A DNA stretch of 64,000 nt from Leptonemataceae bacterium (GCA_965227295.1 OZ245742.1:3552001-3616000), one strand, 5' to 3'; counted from the stretch's first letter, positions 47,869 to 58,520 are shown. The notes: a model not told the origin generated them from the sequence alone. A program made the numbers and translations.

Positions 47869-49230
47869 TTACGGACGGCCCGCGCCGGCAGCGGAGTGCT
47901 CCGCCGCCTCCCGGCGCAGGGCTTCCACCTCTTCGATTTCTTTGGGAATGCTTTCGGTTATGACGACGGGAGTCTCGCCGCGGACCATGACGTCGTCTTC
48001 AATGCGGACGCCGATTCCGCGAAAGGCCTCCGGCGTCTTCGGATGATGCGGCAAAAAGTACAGGCCCGGTTCCACGGTGCAGACCATGCCGTCGGCGAAC
48101 TTGCGCGGCTCACCTTTGTCGTAGTACGGGCCCAGATCATGCACGTCCATGCCCAGCCAGTGGCCGGTGCGGTGCATGTAGAACGGGGAGTAACTTTCAT
48201 CCTCGATATGTTTGTCGAGGGGTATGCTGCGATCCAGTACGTTCATGTCGAGGAGCGATTGCGTAAGATCACGCACGGTGGCGTTATGCACTTCCACGAG
48301 GGATGAACCGGCGACGGTACGGGCGATGGCGTTTTTCTGCGCGTCGAGTACGGCCTGGTAGACGTCGCGCTGTTCCGGCGTGTAGCGATCCGAGACCGGC
48401 CAGGTGCGCGTGACGTCGGCGTTCATGAAGTCCTTCTCGGCACCGGCATCCACCAGGACCAGGTCGCCGGCCTGCATGGCGCGGTCGTTTTGAATGTGAT
48501 GCAACACGCAGGCATTCGCGCCGGACGCAACGATGGAAGGATATCCCTCGGTACCACGATCCCGGCGGAAAGCGTACTGCAACATGGCTTCGAGTTCGTA
48601 CTCGAAGGTACCCGGCTTTGCCGCGCGCATGATTTCCAGGTGTCCGTTCTCGGTGAGGCGGGCGCACTCTTCCAGGGCGGCGAGATCGAAGCTGTCTTTG
48701 ATTAACCGCTGCTCATGTAAGATTACGCCCGGGTTCACGACGGTATCCGGGCCGTAGCTGCCCTTGCGGGAATTACGCATCACCCGATACGCCCGGGGTA
48801 GAATTTCGGCGTCGCGGTTCGGGTCTTCGCCGAAACGATAGTAGAGCGTGGCCTTGTCTTTGAGAAGTCCGGCCAGGCGCGCGCGGAACGCCTTGTAGGG
48901 CTTCACTTCTTTGATGCCCAGGGCTTCGGCCGCGTCGCAGGTGCTCAGCCGCGGCCCTTCCCAGGTTTCGCGCTGGCGGTTTTTCTTCGGAACGAAGAGC
49001 ACCTCTTCCTTTTTTGTGAGGACGAGCACGGCGTCTTCTTCGTCGAAGCCCGTGAGATAAAAAAAGTCCGAGTCCTGGCGATAGCGAAAGTGCACGTCGT
49101 TGGAGCGAACGCGGGAGGGGGCCGTAAAGAACACGGCCACGCCGTCTTCGGGCAGGGCGGTCTGGAAAGCCTGGCGTCGCCGGGCAAAGCGGCGCAGCAG
49201 ATCGTCGGAGTATCGCGCTGGGTTTGGCAT
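47869..49230 (-). CDS. pepP: Xaa-Pro aminopeptidase
   Basis: YRQDSDFFYLTG, DAGAE, ADVTRTWP, HRTGHWLGMDVHD, TVEPGLY, GVRIEDD. Confidence 0.94.
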   Translation of the reverse strand: MPNPARYSDDLLRRFARRRQAFQTALPEDGVAVFFTAPSRVRSNDVHFRYRQDSDFFYLTGFDEEDAVLVLTKKEEVLFVPKKNRQRETWEGPRLSTCDAAEALGIKEVKPYKAFRARLAGLLKDKATLYYRFGEDPNRDAEILPRAYRVMRNSRKGSYGPDTVVNPGVILHEQRLIKDSFDLAALEECARLTENGHLEIMRAAKPGTFEYELEAMLQYAFRRDRGTEGYPSIVASGANACVLHHIQNDRAMQAGDLVLVDAGAEKDFMNADVTRTWPVSDRYTPEQRDVYQAVLDAQKNAIARTVAGSSLVEVHNATVRDLTQSLLDMNVLDRSIPLDKHIEDESYSPFYMHRTGHWLGMDVHDLGPYYDKGEPRKFADGMVCTVEPGLYFLPHHPKTPEAFRGIGVRIEDDVMVRGETPVVITESIPKEIEEVEALRREAAEHSAAGAGRP

Positions 49231-49267
49231 GCAGTCAGGAAAGTAAAGATTCGTCGAAGGAACGATG

Positions 49268-50509
49268 CTACGAACTGCCGTCCGTTTTTTCGCCCCCGTT
49301 CGTCAGTTCCACAAAATATTTATAATTCCGGTGACTCCCGAGCACGATAATCGCCCCGGCCTCGCGGTCCCGGGCCATCTCCATCAGAGCTGCCGCGCAG
49401 CCGTCACCGCCTGGAAGTGCCGTGCAGCCCGGCAGCGGGGCGCAGTACTGCTCATCCACAATCATGGCCGACACGCCGAAATCCGCCGCGCGGACGGCTT
49501 CCGCGACGGGCCCTGGATTTCGATCCGCCAGCAGGCCGAGCACCACCAGACAGCGATCCGGCTCCGGCAGGTGATCGCGCAAACGCAAATCCCGCAGGCT
49601 GCGCCCCACGGCATCGGGAGTATGGGCGACATCGAAGTAGGCGCGCATGAGATTGCCGTGACGATCCGGTAACATCGTCTCCCGTTCTTCCAGCCGGCCC
49701 GGCGGCGGCGGCACATCCTGCTGTGCATTGAAGGCCTCGCGCAGGTGTCGGGCGATCCAGCGGGCGAAGCCGCGGTTGGTGGTCAGATAGTCCGCCGGTC
49801 CGGCGAGCACCGGTGGTTCGTAAAAGAAGGCCTCGGCGGCCGGGGCGTACCGGCGCATCTCCATGCGAATCGTGGCGCGGTCCAGTTCCGGCGCCGCCTG
49901 CGGTGCCACGAAGAATCGTGTGCAGTACGAAGAAGCGATGGCGAGTTTCTCACGCAAAATCTCCAGGTGCGTCCTGCCCAGGATTTCGGTGTGTTCGAGT
50001 TCGATCGGAGTGAGCACGACCGTCTCCGCCCGGGCGATGCGAGTGGCGTCGAAGCGCCCGCCCAGGCCGGCTTCGAAGATTTGCACGGGGCTCTTGCGTT
50101 CTTGAAAGACATGCACGGCCAATAGCGTCAGAATCTCAAAGTAACTGAGTTTCTCGTAATATTCACTGCCCAGAAGTTTGCGCAGTGTCTCCAGGCCGGC
50201 GACGGCGTCTTCGGCCGGGATCGGTAGACCGCCCATACGAATGCGTTCGAGCACATGGTGCAGATGCGGTGAGGTATAGAGACCCGCCGGCGCTGCGGCG
50301 AAGTGACTCAGGAACCAGGCGGTGGAGCCTTTGCCGTTCGAGCCGACGATGGAAATGCGCCGACCGTTTAACTGCGGCCAGAGTGTATGGGAAAGATCGA
50401 ACAGCTCTTCCCGGGACGCCATGAGGCGCTCGCGATCAAAAACCCGCGTGCGTTCGGGGTTGATCCGCGCGTTCAGATCGGCGGTGAGAGTTTCGATTGC
50501 GCTGTGCAT
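49268..50509 (-). CDS. folC: Folylpolyglutamate synthase/dihydrofolate synthase
   Basis: GSNGKGS, GLYTSPHL, EAGLGGRFDAT, PGRLE, DVAHT. Confidence 0.88.
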   Translation of the reverse strand: MHSAIETLTADLNARINPERTRVFDRERLMASREELFDLSHTLWPQLNGRRISIVGSNGKGSTAWFLSHFAAAPAGLYTSPHLHHVLERIRMGGLPIPAEDAVAGLETLRKLLGSEYYEKLSYFEILTLLAVHVFQERKSPVQIFEAGLGGRFDATRIARAETVVLTPIELEHTEILGRTHLEILREKLAIASSYCTRFFVAPQAAPELDRATIRMEMRRYAPAAEAFFYEPPVLAGPADYLTTNRGFARWIARHLREAFNAQQDVPPPPGRLEERETMLPDRHGNLMRAYFDVAHTPDAVGRSLRDLRLRDHLPEPDRCLVVLGLLADRNPGPVAEAVRAADFGVSAMIVDEQYCAPLPGCTALPGGDGCAAALMEMARDREAGAIIVLGSHRNYKYFVELTNGGEKTDGSS

Positions 50510-50520
50510 CCTTTTTTTTT

Positions 50521-50634
50521 ACCACCGAGGTTCCGAGGACACCGAGGATTTTTCAGGGAGGGCAAACGCAGGCGGAGAGTCGTCAGGCAATGATTGCTCT
50601 CCACTTCTCTCGGTGTCCTCGGAGCCTCGGTGGT
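50521..50634. repeat. CCGAG-triplet inverted-repeat element
   Basis: accaccgaggttccgaggacaccgag ... ctcggtgtcctcggagcctcggtggt (25/26). Confidence 0.88.
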
Positions 50635-50645
50635 TGAATCAAGTC

Positions 50646-51518
50646 TTATTCCGCACGCTTGCGTAACGCTCCCAGCAACTCCTTCTCCATTAAGTTTTCC
50701 GGCGCGTTTTCGCCGGTGAAGAGTTCGAACTGCAGCACGGCCTGGTACAACAGCATCAAGTAACCCGGCACCGTTTTCGCGCCGCGCGCGGCGGCGTGTT
50801 GCAACAGCGGGGTGCGCATGGGATTGTAGACGATATCAAAGACGTAATGAAAGTCCTGCACGAAGCTGTCCGGCAGCGGCAATTCCTGATCGGCGCCTTT
50901 CATACCGAGCGGCGTTGTGTGAATGATCACATCGACGTCGCGCGGTTCGAGATCGCTGAAGTCCGTACCACGTACCAGCGTGGAGCGCTTGCGATGGCGA
51001 GTCTTCACCGCGTCGACGAACGACCTCAGCTTGCGCGGACTGCGGCCGGCAACGGTGAGCATGGCGGGGGATTCATCCAGCAACAACGCGTGGGCAATGG
51101 CCGTCGCCGATCCACCGTAGCCGAGCAGCAAAAAACGTCGCCCGCGCAAATCCGGGAGATGGACCTTCAGGGCACGCACGGCGCCGGGGCCGTCGGTGTT
51201 GTAGGCATGCAGCGTGTTGTTTTTTGGATTGCGGATGAGCGTATTTGCGGCGCCGCAGCATTCGGTGAGCGCGTCCGCACGATCGGCAGAGCGGGCGGCC
51301 CAGGCCTTGTGTGGAATCGTTACGGACAGCCCGTCGATGCCCAGGGTCAGCACGGCTTTTTTCAGCGCGGCGGTGGCTCGCTCCACGTCGAAGGGGACGT
51401 AGGCGGCGTTGATCTTACGCGCGACGAAGGCGGCGTTGTGGATGAGCGGGCTGAGGCTGTGGCCCGTAGGATGACCCAGGATGCCGAAGAGCCGCGTATT
51501 GCCGTCAATCGGTACCAT
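50646..51518 (-). CDS. aroE: Shikimate dehydrogenase
   Basis: HSLSPLIHN, SVTIPHK, GAANT, NTDG, DIVYNP, MLLYQA. Confidence 0.93.
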   Translation of the reverse strand: MVPIDGNTRLFGILGHPTGHSLSPLIHNAAFVARKINAAYVPFDVERATAALKKAVLTLGIDGLSVTIPHKAWAARSADRADALTECCGAANTLIRNPKNNTLHAYNTDGPGAVRALKVHLPDLRGRRFLLLGYGGSATAIAHALLLDESPAMLTVAGRSPRKLRSFVDAVKTRHRKRSTLVRGTDFSDLEPRDVDVIIHTTPLGMKGADQELPLPDSFVQDFHYVFDIVYNPMRTPLLQHAAARGAKTVPGYLMLLYQAVLQFELFTGENAPENLMEKELLGALRKRAE

Positions 51519-51643
51519 AGAGCCGTGCGCTAATCCTTTGGTACGAGTACGTTCGGTGTAAATGCATTATTTGTTACGACAGAAAGTGCGTTCGAAAAAG
51601 AAGTGGTTGTCGTAATACTCTGCAAACAATTCGTGGAGCGTCT

Positions 51644-51967
51644 ATGCCGTCGAGTTCGATTTTCGTCGATTTCCTGGTCTATGTGCTCATCGGTTCCGTG
51701 GCCGCCTGGTTTTTCTATCACCATCGCCGCCGCGACCTGCTGGGCGGATTCTGGGGCGGCCTGGTTATCGGCATCGTCGGAGCCATCCTCATCGCCTGGG
51801 CGGCCGGTCTCTTCAACCTCTGGTTCCGCCGCTTTGTGGACTGGCTCATGAGCCCCGAGTTCGGTTCGTTCCGCATTAACGTAAACATGATCGCCGCGCT
51901 GATCGGTGCCTTCCTGTTCGTCTACATTCTGAACCTCATCAATCACAACAAAGAACGCCGGCACTGA
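51644..51967 (+). CDS. GlsB/YeaQ/YmgE-like small membrane protein
   Basis: Three TM segments; GIVGAIL and AALIGA motifs; GGAG RBS. Confidence 0.65.
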   Translation: MPSSSIFVDFLVYVLIGSVAAWFFYHHRRRDLLGGFWGGLVIGIVGAILIAWAAGLFNLWFRRFVDWLMSPEFGSFRINVNMIAALIGAFLFVYILNLINHNKERRH

Positions 51968-51990
51968 GGGACTCAGCTTCTGGTTTGTCA

Positions 51991-52162
51991 ACACCGAGGA
52001 CCGAGGGGCCGAGGGGAAGATGTGAGGGTTGGCGTAGACTGCGCGCGTGCAGGCGAAGTGAGCTTTCATTCGTCTGATCAAGAAAACTAAAACCACGCAT
52101 TGCCCGAACACGCTCCACCACGACCACTCTCCCAAAAAAACTCGGTACCCGGTCCTCGGTGT
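51991..52162. repeat. CCGAG-triplet inverted-repeat element with long loop
   Basis: acaccgaggaccgaggggccgag ... ctcggtacccggtcctcggtgt. Confidence 0.8.
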
Positions 52163-52215
52163 AAAAAATGATCTTCCGTTCGCCCGCACCGAACGTATTT
52201 TTAACACCGGAAGGC

Positions 52216-52242
52216 TCATCTTTTTTTCTCGATGGCCGATGC
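52216..52242 (+). promoter_or_regulatory. Putative sigma28 promoter for fliD
   Basis: TCAT-N15-GCCGATGC; fliD is a typical FliA target. Confidence 0.45.
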
Positions 52243-52284
52243 GTTTAAACAGATCGCAATCACCGCATTGCAGGAGTTTTCATC

Positions 52285-54462
52285 ATGCCCGCACCGCCCG
52301 TAATGGATCTCGGTTCCGGGGTTAACACCCAGGATACCATCAACAAGCTCATGGAGCTGGAGCGTATTCCGATCCAGCGCCTGCAGCAGGAGAACAGCCT
52401 TAACGAGATTCGCATCAAGGCCCTGGAAGAGGTCCGCAACCGTACGACGCTGCTCGCCGATCGCTCCCGCAAGCTCTACTCTTTCGCCGGGGCTTTCGCG
52501 GACAAACAGATCGTTTCTTCCGACCCGGGCGCCATTACGGGCCAGGCGTCGCCGTCGGCCGAGGCCGGCAAAGAAGAGATCGAGATCGTGCAACTCGCCG
52601 CGCGCCACCAGATCCATTCGAACCCGGTGTCCCTCGACGATCAACTGCCGGCTTCGCGCTTCGTCATCGCCGCCGGAGACAAGCGGCGGGAAATCGACTT
52701 CGAAGGCGGCGACATCCGGCGCCTGCTCGAAACCATCAAACGCGAGTCGGACGGCGTCGTGGAAACCGCGGCCGGCGTAAACACCGACGCCGCGCACATG
52801 CTGATCAGCCTGCGCTCAGCGGTGAACGGCGAGAAGGGTCGCTTTACGTTCGAAGATCCGAACGGCCTCCTGCGCCGCATCGGCCTGGTGGGCGAGGGCG
52901 CGGCGGAGCTCCCCGAAAAAGAACTCAAGATCGATCGCGGTGAACTGAGCCGCGAAGCTGGTGAGAACAATCCAGAGTCGTTGCAGTATCGTCTGTTGAC
53001 CGCCGGTCGTGGTGTGGAACTCGAAGGCAACGGAGCCGTGCGTTTTCAGGATCCGTCCCTGGCCGGAGAGAGCGGTACGCTGCGTATCAAACTCGAGGCC
53101 CTGAGTGCCCCCGAAAAAACGCCGGAGCAGCAGGCGACGTCGGAAGACGAGGCCCGGAAAGACCCGGCCGCCGCAGAGGAAACGGCAAAACGCGAGAGCG
53201 TGGAGGTCGGCCCGGCCATCGTCGTAAGTGTCGGTGATGTGGAGCTACGGGGCGGAAGCATTGAACGCAAGCGTGTACTCACCGACGAGGACGCAAACCG
53301 CGGAAAACCGGAGCAAAGCGAAAAACAACCGGAAGCCGCGAAGGATCCGCAGCCGCAAGACGACGGCCTCGCGCGATTTCTAAAAATGGGCGTCGGTGCC
53401 GTTTACAAAGAAAACGGTCAGGAAGTTCGCAAAGAAGTCGTGCAATCCGTGGAACTGCCGGCGAACAATGCCCGGAGCGAAGGCAAAGAGATCAGCATCG
53501 ATCTGGCTCAGCTCACCGGCGGCAAACCGGTCGAAGCGTTGTACTTCTTTCAACCGGAAGGCGGCCGCGGTCGTTTCGCCGATCTGAAACTGCAACCGAA
53601 GCCGTCGTCAGAAGGTCGCCTTGGAGCGCAGCACGAGACCAGCCCGGCCCAGGACGCCATCGTTAAGGTCAACGGCATCGAAGTGCGCCGCTCGCAGAAT
53701 AAAGCCATCACCGATATGATCCAGGGGCTCAGCCTCGATCTCAACCGCACGACGAAAGGTCCGGTGACGATCAACGTCGAAACGAACACCGAGGACGTCG
53801 TGACGCAGATCAAAGAGTGGGTCGACACCTACAATGAATTGATGTTGTTTCTCCGCGAGAACTCGCGGACGGACGGTGAAAAGTTCGTGCCGCCGGTCGC
53901 CGGGGACGACAACAAGAATCGTCCGTCTCCCGCGGAGCAGCAGGGCATCTTCGCCTCCGACTCCACCGTGCGCCAGTTGATCACGACGTTGCGTTCCCAG
54001 GTGGCCCTGGCGTATCCGTCGGCGACGAAGCCGTCGTATCGTGTGCTCGCGGACATCGGCATCACCACCGGCGGTGTCGGCGCGAAGTGGGAGGACATCC
54101 AGTACGGTTTCCTGCAACTCGACGAGAAGCGATTGAACGAAGCGTTGAACGAAAACCCGCGCGCCGTAAAAGAACTCTTCGCCTCCGATACGAACGAGGA
54201 TCAGATCCCCGACAACGGCGTGGCCGTCAGCCTGGAGAAACAGCTCCAACCGTACAACCGCGGCGCCGGCGGACTCATCTCATCCCGCGTGAACATGTTG
54301 CGCGAGACCATCGACAACAACAAGGACGAGATGGCCCGCAAAGAGGATAAGCTGGCCGACAAACGCCAGAACCTGCGGGAACGGTTCGGTCGCATGGAAC
54401 GTGCCGTGCACCAGAACCGCGCCATGGGCAACTATCTCAAGCGCAACACGCCGTCACAATAG
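52285..54462 (+). CDS. fliD: Flagellar filament cap protein
   Basis: LGSGVNTQDTINKLMELER; AQDAIVKVNGIEV.RSQN.ITD.IQGLSL; LADIGITT; LRERFGRME. Confidence 0.9.
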   Translation: MPAPPVMDLGSGVNTQDTINKLMELERIPIQRLQQENSLNEIRIKALEEVRNRTTLLADRSRKLYSFAGAFADKQIVSSDPGAITGQASPSAEAGKEEIEIVQLAARHQIHSNPVSLDDQLPASRFVIAAGDKRREIDFEGGDIRRLLETIKRESDGVVETAAGVNTDAAHMLISLRSAVNGEKGRFTFEDPNGLLRRIGLVGEGAAELPEKELKIDRGELSREAGENNPESLQYRLLTAGRGVELEGNGAVRFQDPSLAGESGTLRIKLEALSAPEKTPEQQATSEDEARKDPAAAEETAKRESVEVGPAIVVSVGDVELRGGSIERKRVLTDEDANRGKPEQSEKQPEAAKDPQPQDDGLARFLKMGVGAVYKENGQEVRKEVVQSVELPANNARSEGKEISIDLAQLTGGKPVEALYFFQPEGGRGRFADLKLQPKPSSEGRLGAQHETSPAQDAIVKVNGIEVRRSQNKAITDMIQGLSLDLNRTTKGPVTINVETNTEDVVTQIKEWVDTYNELMLFLRENSRTDGEKFVPPVAGDDNKNRPSPAEQQGIFASDSTVRQLITTLRSQVALAYPSATKPSYRVLADIGITTGGVGAKWEDIQYGFLQLDEKRLNEALNENPRAVKELFASDTNEDQIPDNGVAVSLEKQLQPYNRGAGGLISSRVNMLRETIDNNKDEMARKEDKLADKRQNLRERFGRMERAVHQNRAMGNYLKRNTPSQ

Positions 54463-54572
54463 GGGCGGCGTGGCAGACGCAAGAGCGCGGCAAGATGTAA
54501 AACTCCTTCGGGCGCATCGCCGCGAGTGTAGCGACTCGCCTTGCGCGAAGACAAAAGAACCGCAGTTTTTTC

Positions 54573-54599
54573 TTAAGAATATCCGTCGAATCCCGATAT
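54573..54599 (+). promoter_or_regulatory. Putative sigma28 promoter
   Basis: TTAA-N15-CCCGATAT, 30 nt before ATG 54630. Confidence 0.4.
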
Positions 54600-54629
54600 C
54601 ATAAACAAGATCAACCCCGGAGCGGGACC

Positions 54630-55625
54630 ATGCAGATTTACGTCAACGAACAAGAACTCGACGCCGAACTGACCGGCGAACAAAACCTCGAACAAATCTA
54701 CAGCGCAGTGAGCGAGTGGATCGCGAACAACAACCGCTACATATTGTCCATGCGCGTGAACTCCGAGGACGTGGCGTTGTCCGCGCTGGAAGAAATCGGC
54801 ATGGACGGAGTCGACCGGGTGGACTTCTACGTCGGCGACGAACTGGACATGGTCCTCACGACCCTGCACGAACTGGACCGCTACGTCGATCAAATCGGCA
54901 CGACGCTCTACGAACTCGAAACCGTCTCCGAAGCGGACGCCATGAATCTCCGCGAGGGCATGCAGTGGATCCGGCAGATCTTAACGTCATTTTCTTCGAT
55001 CTTAAACCTGGACCTGAGCTCCATGAGCGTACTCGTCCCCGGTTCCCAGGGCTCCGAGGCCATCGATCGTATTCTGGAACGCCTGGAAAAACGGGTGGAG
55101 CAGTTTTTCGAACACAACCAGCGCGACGCCATCGAAGACTTTCTCGAAGATTTGCGTTCTTTTAAGTTCTTCGTCATGAAGCTCGGTCTGCAACTGCGGA
55201 CCATGAACGCGCGTACTGAAGAGCTCACGGAGATGGTGGAGCGTTTCGAAAAAGAAATCCCGCAACTCATCGAGGGCGTGGTTTCAATCAACGAGGGCTT
55301 CAACGCCGGCAAAGATTTCACCGCGCTGGAAACCCTGGATCGCATTACCGAGCGGCTCAACGAATACGTTTCCGCGCTCTTCGCCCTGGACTACCAGCTC
55401 CGCCGGGCCGGCAAACGTACGCTGAACGATCTGGAAGTGGGCGACACGACCTTCCAGGCCGTCGCCACCGATCTTACGAATCTGTTGAAAGATCTTTCGT
55501 CCGCCCTGGAAGAAAACGACATCGTGGCTACCGGCGACATCCTCGAGTACGAGCTCACCGAGAAGCTGGAAATGCTCCGGCCGTATCTGACGGAAATCCG
55601 TCAATTCGTGCTTGCCAGCGAATAG
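54630..55625 (+). CDS. Conserved hypothetical helical protein downstream of fliD
   Basis: 331 aa; C-terminus LEENDIVATGDILEYEL. Confidence 0.7.
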   Translation: MQIYVNEQELDAELTGEQNLEQIYSAVSEWIANNNRYILSMRVNSEDVALSALEEIGMDGVDRVDFYVGDELDMVLTTLHELDRYVDQIGTTLYELETVSEADAMNLREGMQWIRQILTSFSSILNLDLSSMSVLVPGSQGSEAIDRILERLEKRVEQFFEHNQRDAIEDFLEDLRSFKFFVMKLGLQLRTMNARTEELTEMVERFEKEIPQLIEGVVSINEGFNAGKDFTALETLDRITERLNEYVSALFALDYQLRRAGKRTLNDLEVGDTTFQAVATDLTNLLKDLSSALEENDIVATGDILEYELTEKLEMLRPYLTEIRQFVLASE

Positions 55626-55647
55626 ATAGCGGGGCCACGCTCCCCGC

Positions 55648-57069
55648 GTGCCCCTGCTGCCGCGTCTGCTTAAGACCTTCTACCGCACCGGACTGCCGTA
55701 CCTGCCCGTGGTCTCTGTCCCCGGGGCGGAGGACGCGGACGGCGCATCCGCCGCAGGCACGGCCCGGCTGATCCTCTCCGGCTTTCTGTCCCGCTCCCGC
55801 GTGGATCGCCTCATGGCCGATCTGGACCGCGCACGGCTGGAGTACGATCACATCCCCGACGATCTGCTCGTGCGGGACTACGTTCCGGAGGGCGCGCTCA
55901 AGTTCTCCGGTCCCCAGGTTCCCGTCTTCGATGCCGCCGGGCAGCAGTTAGCGAACTGGGACGAGCCGCAGTTGCTGAAAGCCGTGGCGGAGTTCCGCGA
56001 GCGCCTGAAGTCCGCCGGCAACGAACCGCACTTTGAAAAGAACACACGCCCCGGCCTCGATACGGATGCCGTTCCGGAGAATGCACCGATCGTGCAGGAT
56101 CGCTCTGACGCGGCGCGCTGGCTCGGCGAACTGTTGCTTGCGGCCTTGCCCTACGCGCTCTTCGCCACGGACCTTCAGGGCAACACGCTCTTTTACAACG
56201 AAAGGTTCGCCGAACGCATCTTAGCAAAGGGGCCGCTCAAGAACTCCATCCGCCTGGCGGAGAGTTACTTCACCGAACTCACGCGCACGCTGCTCGCGCG
56301 CTCTTTCGAACGCGATCCCATGCGTGAATTGAGAGACCGGCTCTCCGCGTACAGTACGGAACTGGGACTGCGCATCCGCGTGCTGAATCTCGAAGACGAA
56401 GGCCGCATTCACGGCTACCTCTATCTCTTTCACGACACCGGCGAAAGCGAACTCTTTCACGAACTGGAAGATCGAAACGCCCAGGGCCAGGGCCTGGAAG
56501 ACATCCTGGAAGACGTGGAGGGTCAGTTCATTCATCTCATGCTCACGAAGCACGGGCAGAACGTTTCGCATACCGCGAAGGCGCTGAAGATCAAACGCTC
56601 CACGTTGCAGAACAAGATCAAACGCCTGGACATCGACAACAAGTACGGCCGGCGCATCGAAGGTCCGATTCGCCGGCGGCGGCGTACGGCGCGGGAACTC
56701 GAACGATTGCGCAAGGCCGAAGAGGAGCAAAAGGCCGCCGGTTTCAGCGAACTCACGCGACGTGAAACCGAAGCCGCGCCGGAAAAAACGGAGAGCGTCG
56801 CGCCGCCGAAGGATCTGTCCCGGACCGCCGCGGCGAATCTCCAGCGGGCCGTGGCCGGTCGTAAGGCCGGTGCGAAGAAAGCCGTGAAAAAAGCGGCCAA
56901 ACAAGTCGCGAAAAAAACAGCGAAGAAAACGGCTAAGAAGTCCGCAAAGAAACCAGCGGCGAAGGCAGCGCAGAAATCCGCCAGGAAAGCGGCCAAAAAA
57001 GCCGCACAGAAAACCGCGCGCAAAGCGGCAAAGAAATCGAACCGCGCGACGAAAAAGAAACGTTCCTGA
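55648..57069 (+). CDS. PAS-like + Fis-type HTH protein with histone H1-like tail
   Basis: ALFATDLQGNTLFYNERF (PAS-like); NVSHTAKALKIKRSTLQNKIKRL (HTH_8); AAKK-repeat tail. Confidence 0.75.
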   Translation: MPLLPRLLKTFYRTGLPYLPVVSVPGAEDADGASAAGTARLILSGFLSRSRVDRLMADLDRARLEYDHIPDDLLVRDYVPEGALKFSGPQVPVFDAAGQQLANWDEPQLLKAVAEFRERLKSAGNEPHFEKNTRPGLDTDAVPENAPIVQDRSDAARWLGELLLAALPYALFATDLQGNTLFYNERFAERILAKGPLKNSIRLAESYFTELTRTLLARSFERDPMRELRDRLSAYSTELGLRIRVLNLEDEGRIHGYLYLFHDTGESELFHELEDRNAQGQGLEDILEDVEGQFIHLMLTKHGQNVSHTAKALKIKRSTLQNKIKRLDIDNKYGRRIEGPIRRRRRTARELERLRKAEEEQKAAGFSELTRRETEAAPEKTESVAPPKDLSRTAAANLQRAVAGRKAGAKKAVKKAAKQVAKKTAKKTAKKSAKKPAAKAAQKSARKAAKKAAQKTARKAAKKSNRATKKKRS

Positions 57070-57137
57070 AACTTCGTTGCCAGCGAAATCCCGGTTCTTA
57101 AAATCGTGCGCCGAAAAAGAGCGCCGCACAATCACAC

Positions 57138-58388
57138 ATGGCGCGCCGGAGAGGTTTCATGCAACGCAACACGCTATTGATCATCGCCGCGGGGGTGATC
57201 GCCATTCTACTTGTTTTTTTGATTCTCGTCCTCGGCGGCGAGGACGGTTCGCGGAGCGCGGACGAGGACTTCATGGGATCGCAAGACGATCCGACGCAGT
57301 TTACGCCGGACGAGGGCAAGGGGGAGGGCGAGTCCGCGTTCAATATTCCGCCCACCGATCCCGTGGAACGCCTGGAGCGCTATCGCCGTTGGGCCGTGTA
57401 TCCGCCGTTCAGTCGGCCGCTGCATGCCGGCCAGGTCGATCTCATCGATCCCTACAACGCCGAACGCCCGCCGCTGGGCGTCGTTAAAACGCCGGCGCAG
57501 GATTGCCAGCGGACGGCGGACGGCGGCCTGGAATGTGCCCGCCAACCGGAAATGAGCGACGTGATCTGCGATCTGGAATCCGAGGCGAGCATCTCCGTGG
57601 GCCGCGACGACTTTCGAGTATTCTTTAACTGTACGAATCCGAAGGGCGAACAACTCACGCCGCCGCAAATCGAGGCGAAGGTCTATCGCGTGCTCTTCGG
57701 CAAACAGTACGGATCCCTGCCGCCGGTCTTTGTCGGCGATGACGGTGAGAACGGCGACGTCACCGCGAAAGACGGCATCACCACGATCGTCGTGCGACCC
57801 ACCGCGCAGGACTGGGGCCAGATGTACGTCGAGGTCGATGCAAAAGTCGGCGACCTCGAGCACAACCAGCGCGTGGGCTGGTTCTCCACGCCGCATACCG
57901 TCGCCGAATTCGCGGGCAAACCCTCGGAGTCCATTCGCGACGGCAATCTCGTGGTGAGTGTTCCCGTCAACGTGCAGAAGAAAGGATACTACGAGTTCCA
58001 GGCCAACCTGCAGGAGCAGGGCGGCGAACAACGCTGGATCGCCAGCGCGACCTGGGAGGGCGATCTGCCGGCCGGGAACGCCGTGGTGGAGTTCACGTTC
58101 TGGGGCAAGATCATCCGCGACGCGGAAGCCGACGGTCCCTATGTCGTGCGAGAAATTCGCGGCAAACGCCACAACTCACCGGTTTCTCCGTCCATGGTGG
58201 AAAAATCCCGTCGCGAAGGGACGCCGATCCCGGAAGTGCAACACACGGAACCGATCTGGGAATTCGTGAAACCCTACGGCGAGGTCTACGAGACCCAGGC
58301 CTATACCGCATCGCAGTTTTCGGAAGCGGAGTGGGATAGCGAGGAGAAACGCCAGCGACTGCAATTCCTGGAAGCGCAGGTTCAGTAA
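57138..58388 (+). CDS. Membrane-anchored protein with choice-of-anchor-X-like motif
   Basis: N-terminal TM helix; GDDGENGDVTAKDGITT fits the DDGxxGDxxAxDG pattern. Confidence 0.6.
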   Translation: MARRRGFMQRNTLLIIAAGVIAILLVFLILVLGGEDGSRSADEDFMGSQDDPTQFTPDEGKGEGESAFNIPPTDPVERLERYRRWAVYPPFSRPLHAGQVDLIDPYNAERPPLGVVKTPAQDCQRTADGGLECARQPEMSDVICDLESEASISVGRDDFRVFFNCTNPKGEQLTPPQIEAKVYRVLFGKQYGSLPPVFVGDDGENGDVTAKDGITTIVVRPTAQDWGQMYVEVDAKVGDLEHNQRVGWFSTPHTVAEFAGKPSESIRDGNLVVSVPVNVQKKGYYEFQANLQEQGGEQRWIASATWEGDLPAGNAVVEFTFWGKIIRDAEADGPYVVREIRGKRHNSPVSPSMVEKSRREGTPIPEVQHTEPIWEFVKPYGEVYETQAYTASQFSEAEWDSEEKRQRLQFLEAQVQ

Positions 58389-58520
58389 TACCGATTTTAA
58401 CCGACGAGGCTCGGTGGTCCATTTTCCGGGCGCACGAGAGTTTTTCCCTTGCACATACTGGAAGGTATGTTCTCGCTGACCATATACAAACAAAAAACAT
58501 TAGATAAGAGGTTGAGTACA

